Positions 58,563 to 64,000 of a stretch of DNA of 64,000 nucleotides are shown here, in pieces (the first letter of the stretch is position 1; each line of letters begins with the position of its first letter). The stretch comes from a virus. The position numbers and the translations under genes are program-made. The notes under the pieces are model-generated. The model was given only the letters and a program-made list of their open reading frames with translations. It was not told the DNA's origin and ran no database searches. The DNA lies in IMG/VR virus record IMGVR_UViG_3300027244_000003. The stretch is one strand, 5' to 3'.

Positions 58563-58978
58563 CTGTCGAAATGATTTATTACGACTGGAAACCAGAGTCG
58601 ATGCTTGAAGTGACATTGCCAGAACCAGATAACTTCTTAAAGGTTCGAGAAACACTTACTCGAATCGGCATTGCTTCCAGAAAAGAAAACAAATTATATC
58701 AATCCTGCCATATTTTACATAAGCAGGGTAGATACTTCATCGTCCATTTCAAAGAGTTGTTTGCTCTGGATGGTAAAGAATCGAATATCACTAGTGGTGA
58801 TATCGAGCGTAGAAATGCAATCGCTGGTTTGCTACAGGATTGGGATCTTTTAAAGATACTAAATAATTCTCAAGCGGATCAGAAAGCATCTCTGTCGCAA
58901 ATTAAGGTCGTATCGTTTAAAGAGAAAGACCAATGGGAACTAGTACCGAAATATAACATAGGAAAAAAATCAAAATGA
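58559..58978 (+). CDS. regA: Translational repressor RegA
   Basis: FLKVRETLTRIG and LYQSCHILHKQGRYFIVHFKELF motifs. Confidence 0.95.
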   Translation: MTVEMIYYDWKPESMLEVTLPEPDNFLKVRETLTRIGIASRKENKLYQSCHILHKQGRYFIVHFKELFALDGKESNITSGDIERRNAIAGLLQDWDLLKILNNSQADQKASLSQIKVVSFKEKDQWELVPKYNIGKKSK

Positions 58979-59139
58979 TTAAACTTGAACTTGAAATTAA
59001 TGAAGTTAACATGCTACTTGCAGTGTTGGGAAAGCATCCTTTCGAGGAAGTTGTTAAAGTGATCAGCAAGATCAAACAACAAGGTGACCCACAAGCAGAA
59101 GCACTTGCACAAGCAGCAGCAGAACTACCTGCTGCGTAA
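58975..59139 (+). CDS. Small hypothetical protein (54 aa, not in ORF track)
   Basis: ATGA overlap with regA; MIKLELEINEVNMLLAVLGKHPFEEV... Confidence 0.65.
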   Translation: MIKLELEINEVNMLLAVLGKHPFEEVVKVISKIKQQGDPQAEALAQAAAELPAA

Positions 59140-59143
59140 CCAA

Positions 59144-59220
59144 TTCGCCTTAGGACCACTAAAGTACGAATCGTTGGTAAAGCGGATGTGACGAACGACA
59201 TCGCTGGAACTCGTAACCAG
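59144..59220 (+). ncRNA. Candidate structured RNA in regA-hsp20 intergenic region
   Basis: GC-richer, ORF-free stretch with stems ACCA/TGGT, AGCG-GATGT/ACATC-GCT and CTGG/CCAG. Confidence 0.35.
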
Positions 59221-59277
59221 TATTTTAACACGGCTCTCTTCTTTTCGCCTTCGGGGATTTGCTTGAGAGTTTTCCAA

Positions 59278-59292
59278 CTCGCTTAATAGGAG
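59278..59292 (+). promoter_or_regulatory. ROSE-like RNA thermometer hairpin
   Basis: CUC(G)CU-UAAU-AGGAG: UCGCU pairs with the SD leaving a bulged G; sits upstream of the hsp20 operon. Confidence 0.6.
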
Positions 59293-59299
59293 CAAAACA

Positions 59300-59524
59300 A
59301 TGTTGAATAACATTAACACAGCCATCGATTCTTTCCAAGGAATCAAAACTAAATTCGTTGAGACCTGCGTCAAAAACGAAGAACTCAAAAAACCACTTAA
59401 TCAATTTATTGAAGCGCAATCTTCTTTCGCAAAGATCGTGGCTAAAGCACATGTAGACTTTTATACGTCTCTTGGTCTTTCAGCTTACACATTCGATGCC
59501 AAAAAAGCATTTGCTAAACAATAA
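59300..59524 (+). CDS. Small helical hypothetical protein (74 aa)
   Basis: AGGAG RBS; amphipathic helical sequence. Confidence 0.7.
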   Translation: MLNNINTAIDSFQGIKTKFVETCVKNEELKKPLNQFIEAQSSFAKIVAKAHVDFYTSLGLSAYTFDAKKAFAKQ

Positions 59525-59534
59525 GGAGATTGAT

Positions 59535-60014
59535 ATGGGAAACAATTTCACACCCACATTCTGGGGCACTAAAGATATGGACAAATTTCTTATCGGTTTC
59601 GATGAGCAGTTTAATCGTCTACAGAAATTTCATGACGACATGTCCAAGAACATTCCTAACTATCCACCATACAATATCGTCAAGAGAGATGAGAACAACT
59701 ACACCATTGAGTTGGCTGTGGCAGGTTTTGGTCAATCTGACATTGATATCGAAATGGAGAATGGTAAGTTGACTGTTCGTGGTAGCATCAAAACCGAAGA
59801 AGCTGAAGATAATTTCTTGTTCAGAGGTATTGCAAATCGTGCGTTCAGTCGAGCGTTTGCTTTGAATGATGAAGTTGAAGTTAAAGATGCAGAACTCTTT
59901 AATGGCATGCTTAAGATTTTCTTGGAGCGTTTGATTCCAGATGCTAAGAAGCCAAAGAAGATTGTTGTAAAGTCTAAAAGCGAAAAACAATTATTGAATG
60001 AGGACATCCTATGA
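59535..60014 (+). CDS. hsp20: Small heat-shock protein Hsp20 (IbpA-like)
   Basis: NYPPYNI, IELAVAGF, RGIANRAFSRAF and NGMLKIFL motifs; AAGGAG RBS before ATG 59535. Confidence 0.93.
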   Translation: MGNNFTPTFWGTKDMDKFLIGFDEQFNRLQKFHDDMSKNIPNYPPYNIVKRDENNYTIELAVAGFGQSDIDIEMENGKLTVRGSIKTEEAEDNFLFRGIANRAFSRAFALNDEVEVKDAELFNGMLKIFLERLIPDAKKPKKIVVKSKSEKQLLNEDIL

Positions 60015-60109
60015 AATCAATCAAAAAGTTTTTCACTAATCTTCTTGAAGCACTCATTGAGGCTAGACATGCCAGAGCAGATGCTGCTTCGAAAAGAATA
60101 GGTAGATAA
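60011..60109 (+). CDS. Small basic peptide (32 aa, not in ORF track)
   Basis: ATGA overlap with hsp20 and GAGG RBS; MKSIKKFFTNLLEALIEARHARADAASKRIGR. Confidence 0.5.
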   Translation: MKSIKKFFTNLLEALIEARHARADAASKRIGR

Positions 60110-60119
60110 GTCATACAAT

Positions 60120-60145
60120 TTTAGGGGTCTTCGGATCCCTAAATA
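60120..60145 (+). terminator. UUCG hairpin whose 3' arm overlaps a late box CTAAATA
   Basis: TTTAGGGGTC-TTCG-GATCCCTAAA; CTAAATA at 60139-60145. Confidence 0.55.
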
Positions 60146-60151
60146 ATTTGT

Positions 60152-60361
60152 ATGATGAAAGCCAAATTAACACCAAACCTAATCTCATTCTTCTTAGTTA
60201 GAAGAGGGAGTTGGCTTCTCAAAGTATCAGTCTTTAAACATAAGCAGATCATGGTGATTGCTCAAAATGTTTACGAACAAGACCGAACGATTGTTCAGGT
60301 TTTCCCGAACGAAACCCTCGCTGCAAACTTCATTGAATTCCTAGTTTCAGAGGACGTTTAG
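60152..60361 (+). CDS. Hypothetical protein (69 aa)
   Basis: ORF directly after the late box. Confidence 0.5.
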   Translation: MMKAKLTPNLISFFLVRRGSWLLKVSVFKHKQIMVIAQNVYEQDRTIVQVFPNETLAANFIEFLVSEDV

Positions 60362-60364
60362 ACA

Positions 60365-60448
60365 CCCCTAGAGCCTTCCTAGCGTCTAAGTCGGGGCTAA
60401 ACCCTTCCCTAGCGTCCTAGAGCCTTCTAGCCCTTCCTAGGGGCTAAA
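60365..60448. repeat. CTAG-containing short direct-repeat array
   Basis: Six CTAG at 60368, 60379, 60409, 60417, 60427 and 60437 within repeats CCTAGAGCCTTC x2, CCTAGCGTC x2 and GGGGCTAAA x2. Confidence 0.75.
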
Positions 60449-60460
60449 AAATCCCTTATA

Positions 60461-60569
60461 AATCAACAACTTACAAAAAGTAAACCTTTAGGCTTACTCT
60501 CGGATAACCACACCCACAGTAGGGGATTGCAAAATACTTGTTGCCTTTAATGCAGTTTTGGACGATAAT
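60461..60569 (+). promoter_or_regulatory. Early promoter module 3: IHF site (inverted) + half palindrome + sigma70 promoter
   Basis: AATCAACAACTTA (60461-60473); GTAGGGGA (60519-60526); TTGCCT-17-GATAAT (60541-60569). Confidence 0.65.
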
Positions 60570-60599
60570 AGATCTTATGATGAATCGAAAAGGAACTTT

Positions 60600-60815
60600 A
60601 TGATGAATGTGATCTACAAATCCAAAGCCCAGTTGGCTAAAGAAACCGAAAAGCAAGTCAAAGCATTCTTGCGCAAAGGTGGCTCGATTGAGATTGTAAA
60701 ATCTCGCAAAGCACCAAAGCAGAAAATGCGTGGTAAAGTTTCACGTGGGTTCGTGCAGGGCACTTCTGGTTTTCCTGCTGGTGCTCCACGCAAGTCTACA
60801 TTCAGTTTGATTTAA
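60600..60815 (+). CDS. Small basic protein, SutA-like RNAP-binding motif
   Basis: AAGGA RBS; EKQVKAFLRKGGSIEIV resembles the FLxxGGxI/V motif of SutA. Confidence 0.55.
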   Translation: MMNVIYKSKAQLAKETEKQVKAFLRKGGSIEIVKSRKAPKQKMRGKVSRGFVQGTSGFPAGAPRKSTFSLI

Positions 60816-60828
60816 TCAGGAGATCGAT

Positions 60829-61191
60829 ATGCTATCATGGGAAGAAATGTCTGAGTTGGAACAAGCACAATGCCAGTATTGGGATATGTACAAGGATGCC
60901 TATGGTGTGCGTCCTCGTGGTATCGATACCAGCATGTGGACGCTGAAAGACTTTGAAGCTGAGTTTATTCAGTTGGGTCATGTTATTATGCTTGAAGAAA
61001 TTGCTCGCAAAGAATCCGAAGCCAAAGCCATCATTGAGTTTGAAGATCGTGTACTCAATCTCATGCACACTGGCACTAATCGTGAACGTGTCATTGCATG
61101 GTTGATGGATGCTGAAGGTGCTAATGGCGACCATGAGTATTTCTGTTTCACGCAGGGTCTCCCTTATGGTTACTTCAGGAAAACCGCATGA
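60829..61191 (+). CDS. Hypothetical protein (120 aa)
   Basis: AGGAGA RBS; DMYKDAYGVRPR motif. Confidence 0.7.
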   Translation: MLSWEEMSELEQAQCQYWDMYKDAYGVRPRGIDTSMWTLKDFEAEFIQLGHVIMLEEIARKESEAKAIIEFEDRVLNLMHTGTNRERVIAWLMDAEGANGDHEYFCFTQGLPYGYFRKTA

Positions 61192-61376
61192 GAGTTTTCC
61201 AAGAGACAACTCCAGATTGGGTTGGGAATGTATCCAACCACATCTATTATTTGACTGATGATAAATCAAAGATGGTTGCCTTCTATAATGTGGACACTGG
61301 TGTAGTGAAGAAATTCATTAAGCCAATTCGTTTTGATATGAGATATAGAAAATTTAAGGAACTGAAACACAAATGA
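61188..61376 (+). CDS. Hypothetical protein (62 aa)
   Basis: ATGA-coupled on both sides. Confidence 0.6.
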   Translation: MRVFQETTPDWVGNVSNHIYYLTDDKSKMVAFYNVDTGVVKKFIKPIRFDMRYRKFKELKHK

Positions 61377-62677
61377 ATATTAATAAATTTTTAGATGGTT
61401 TAGCAGCAAATGCCTCACGCAACTTCAAAATCGAGCAACTAAACGCTAACAGCGATAACGAAGTTTTGCGTGAGGTCATTCGCTTGGCTCTGGATCCATT
61501 CACTCAATTCTATCAACGCAAGATTCCTGAGTACACCACAGACAAACATCAAACAAGTCTTGATCAAGCCATGCTTGCATTGTATGACTTGAAAGAAAGA
61601 GTCGTGACTGGTAATGCAGCAATTGAATATCTCCGTATGCTTCTCTCATCCGTATCAGCTGATGATGCTAAGGTACTGGAAAGAATCATCTCCAAAGATT
61701 TGAAGTGTGGTGTTGATGTATCTACTGCCAACAAAGTTTGGTCTGGTTTGATTCCTGAATACCCATGCATGTTATGCAGTCCATTCGAACAGAAGTTGGT
61801 TGACAAGATTAAATTCCCAGCCTACGCACAAATGAAGATGGATGGCATGCGCTTCAACGCAATCGTCAGAGATGGTAAGTGTGAATTTAGGAGTAGAAAT
61901 GGAAAAGAAATTTTACTACTTGGCAATTTGGAGCAAGAATTTATTTCTCTTGCTGGTTCTATTGATTGTGTTTTTGATGGTGAACTACTTGTAATGCTTG
62001 AGGGTGACCACCAATTTGCTGACAGGCAGACTGGTAATGGCATCTTGAACAAAGCAAACAAAGGCACAATCTCTGCCAAAGAAGCAGCACTGGTTCATGC
62101 AACTGTTTGGGATTTAATTCCTTACGTACAATTCATTGATGGATACTGTGGAAGTCCATACTCAAAACGATACTCTACACTGCAGGCAATTGTTGCCAAA
62201 CAAAAGTCAGATGGGAGGAAGATCTGGAATGTGACATCAACCATTGTGGAAACTCTGGAAGAAGCACAAGAGATTTTCCAAGGTTATCTTGCAGAAGGAT
62301 TTGAAGGTATCATTCTTAAGGATGGTGCTGGTGTTTGGGAAGACAAACGAAGCAAGACTCAGATTAAATTTAAGGGAGAACTTGAATGCGATCTTAAGAT
62401 TGTTGCAGTCGAAGAAGGTAAAGGTAAAGCAGTAGGTATGCTTGGTGCAATTATATGTGAGTCTGCAGATGGAATTGTAAAGGTAAATGTAGGATCTGGT
62501 TTCAATGATGCACAACGAAAGCAATATTGGAAAGAAAATTTAGTTGACAAAATCGTGGCAGTGAAGTATAATAGTCGTATCAAGAATAAGGCTGGAGAAG
62601 ACTCATTGTTTCTTCCAGTGTTCATTGAAATTCGTAATGATAAAGATATCGCAGATAAATCAAAGGATATAAAATGA
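61373..62677 (+). CDS. gp30: ATP-dependent DNA ligase gp30
   Basis: KMDGMR (KxDG), FDGEL, EGIILK, KFK and SLFLPVF motifs. Confidence 0.95.
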   Translation: MNINKFLDGLAANASRNFKIEQLNANSDNEVLREVIRLALDPFTQFYQRKIPEYTTDKHQTSLDQAMLALYDLKERVVTGNAAIEYLRMLLSSVSADDAKVLERIISKDLKCGVDVSTANKVWSGLIPEYPCMLCSPFEQKLVDKIKFPAYAQMKMDGMRFNAIVRDGKCEFRSRNGKEILLLGNLEQEFISLAGSIDCVFDGELLVMLEGDHQFADRQTGNGILNKANKGTISAKEAALVHATVWDLIPYVQFIDGYCGSPYSKRYSTLQAIVAKQKSDGRKIWNVTSTIVETLEEAQEIFQGYLAEGFEGIILKDGAGVWEDKRSKTQIKFKGELECDLKIVAVEEGKGKAVGMLGAIICESADGIVKVNVGSGFNDAQRKQYWKENLVDKIVAVKYNSRIKNKAGEDSLFLPVFIEIRNDKDIADKSKDIK

Positions 62678-63045
62678 AAGTAGCAATCAATCGTTGTTTT
62701 GGTGGGTTCGGTATCTCGAATGAAGCATTCGAGAAGTTGCTCGAGCGTAAGGGTGTAGGATTTCAAAAAGTTCCAGCGAAGTTTAAATTCCGTGGTGATG
62801 ATTTTGATTACTACAAAGCAGGTATTGAGCCATGTGATGACACATATATCAGTGCGTATGATTATTATCAAGATCGTTCTGACCCAGACTTGATCGCAGT
62901 CATTGAAGAAATAAAAGACCAAGCAAATAGTTGGGCAGCAGAGATCGCTATTGTGGAAATTCCTGATGATGTTAAGTGGCACATCGATGAGTATGATGGT
63001 ATGGAACATGTGGCTGAAGATCACCGAACTTGGTATGGAGATTAA
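62674..63045 (+). CDS. Hypothetical protein (123 aa)
   Basis: KVAINRCFGGFGIS, RSDPDLIAVIEE and IDEYDGME motifs. Confidence 0.7.
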   Translation: MKVAINRCFGGFGISNEAFEKLLERKGVGFQKVPAKFKFRGDDFDYYKAGIEPCDDTYISAYDYYQDRSDPDLIAVIEEIKDQANSWAAEIAIVEIPDDVKWHIDEYDGMEHVAEDHRTWYGD

Positions 63046-63047
63046 TT

Positions 63048-63605
63048 ATGCGTAAAGAACTAGACGAAGCACTGTGTGCAAAGTATCCTCTGATCTTTAA
63101 AGATCGTCATGAGAATATGCAACACACCGCCATGTGTTGGGGTTTCTCGCATGGTGATGGTTGGTATAATATCCTTGATGTTCTTTGCGGGATGTTGACT
63201 GGCGATTATCGTCAAGCGAAAAGTCGCTATGAATCGATTAAAGATAAAGTTGGCCAACCAACATTTGGATTCAGAGATAATGGTGATCCAGTCGGTAAAA
63301 TTGTCACTCAAGAACTGATTGATGAAGCCAAAGTAAAACTTGATGAAGAAACTGCAAAGGTTCCAGTGGCTTCTCAAGTAAAAGAAAAGTTCGGAGGACT
63401 TCGTTTCTATGTTAATGGAGCAACTGATAAGCACTGGAATTATATTTCAATTGCTGAGAATTTTAGTTATCGCACATGTGAAGAATGCGGTAGTCCAGGT
63501 AAAACTTATACTGATGGTTGGCATCGTACTCTTTGCGATATCCATGCAGCGATGGCTGGTCGTACTGAAGAATATCAGTCTGATGAAGATGAAGGAGATG
63601 AATAA
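63048..63605 (+). CDS. Hypothetical protein with C-terminal zinc-finger-like motif
   Basis: QVKEKFGGLRFY and CEECG...TLCDIH motifs; GGAGA RBS before ATG 63048. Confidence 0.7.
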   Translation: MRKELDEALCAKYPLIFKDRHENMQHTAMCWGFSHGDGWYNILDVLCGMLTGDYRQAKSRYESIKDKVGQPTFGFRDNGDPVGKIVTQELIDEAKVKLDEETAKVPVASQVKEKFGGLRFYVNGATDKHWNYISIAENFSYRTCEECGSPGKTYTDGWHRTLCDIHAAMAGRTEEYQSDEDEGDE

Positions 63606-63973
63606 TGTTTTACGGTAAAGAAACTATTGAACAAAACTTTTCTCTCGTTCTAAACAAATTGGAAGAACAAGAATTGTTTTTGTTCGAACCAATGCCAAGT
63701 TACAAACTGAATGATAGATGGACTGACGAATTTCGTATTCGTGATGGACACACTAAACTTGCTGATGGCACTTGGGTTACTATACATAAAGTAACTACTT
63801 GGGTTGAGAAACTCAAGAAAGATACTACAGAGTTGTATGAACAAAATCAACAAACTAATCGTGAGTTGACTCTTGCTAAACGCAGGATCTATGAGATGGA
63901 ATATGGATTGCGAGTTGCTGAGAAAGCATTGAAGAATTCACTGGCTTTAACTAAGGAGATGATTGATGAGTAA
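63605..63973 (+). CDS. Hypothetical protein with C-terminal coiled coil
   Basis: TAATG overlap; 122 aa. Confidence 0.6.
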   Translation: MFYGKETIEQNFSLVLNKLEEQELFLFEPMPSYKLNDRWTDEFRIRDGHTKLADGTWVTIHKVTTWVEKLKKDTTELYEQNQQTNRELTLAKRRIYEMEYGLRVAEKALKNSLALTKEMIDE

Positions 63974-64000
63974 ATTTGTTTTGGTTGATTGCATTGCACA

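Noticed and set aside
60365-60448. CRISPR array or tRNA
   Set aside because: Repeats are about 10 bp and degenerate with no unique spacers; no cloverleaf or T-loop motif here or at 59144-59220
29925-62677. Introns, inteins or homing endonucleases in core genes
   Set aside because: gp17, gp20, gp23, uvsW, gp46/47 and ligase are contiguous and of normal length; no HNH, GIY-YIG or LAGLIDADG motifs noticed

Overview
A 64 kb segment of a large T4-like (myovirus) dsDNA phage genome, with essentially all real genes on the + strand. Positions 1-41 kb are the late/virion module: baseplate gp7/gp8, a 2172-aa DUF4815/VrlC-like protein, several tail-fibre-like proteins, gp13-14-15-17-18-19-20-21-22-23 and gp3, driven by T4-type late promoters ((T/C/A)TAAATA). 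Positions 41-64 kb are the early/replication module: uvsY, uvsW, gp55, gp47/46, a VWA-peptidase plus MoxR/CobS-like AAA pair, gp45/44/62, regA, hsp20 and DNA ligase, driven by sigma70-like promoters. The most striking accessory locus (11.8-17.8 kb) is a tail-fibre gene whose tip is a His-rich, Asn-Cys repeat peptide (...[14 protein letters not shown]-stop). It is followed by a partner gene, a radical SAM/SPASM peptide-maturase-type enzyme, a signal-peptide-less TRAP solute-binding protein and an asparagine-synthase-like PP-loop enzyme, which together suggest a RiPP-like system for post-translationally modifying a virion fibre. Other notable items are three early-promoter modules combining an IHF consensus site with a TCCCCTAC-N5-GTAGGGGA palindrome, a CTAG-iteron array (candidate origin), a ROSE-like RNA thermometer and a structured RNA upstream of hsp20, a flavin-dependent halogenase between gp45 and gp44, a SutA-like small protein, a divergent antisense promoter, and a small carbohydrate-binding-like module shared by three virion proteins. 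All assignments come from motif recognition and synteny only; no searches were run.
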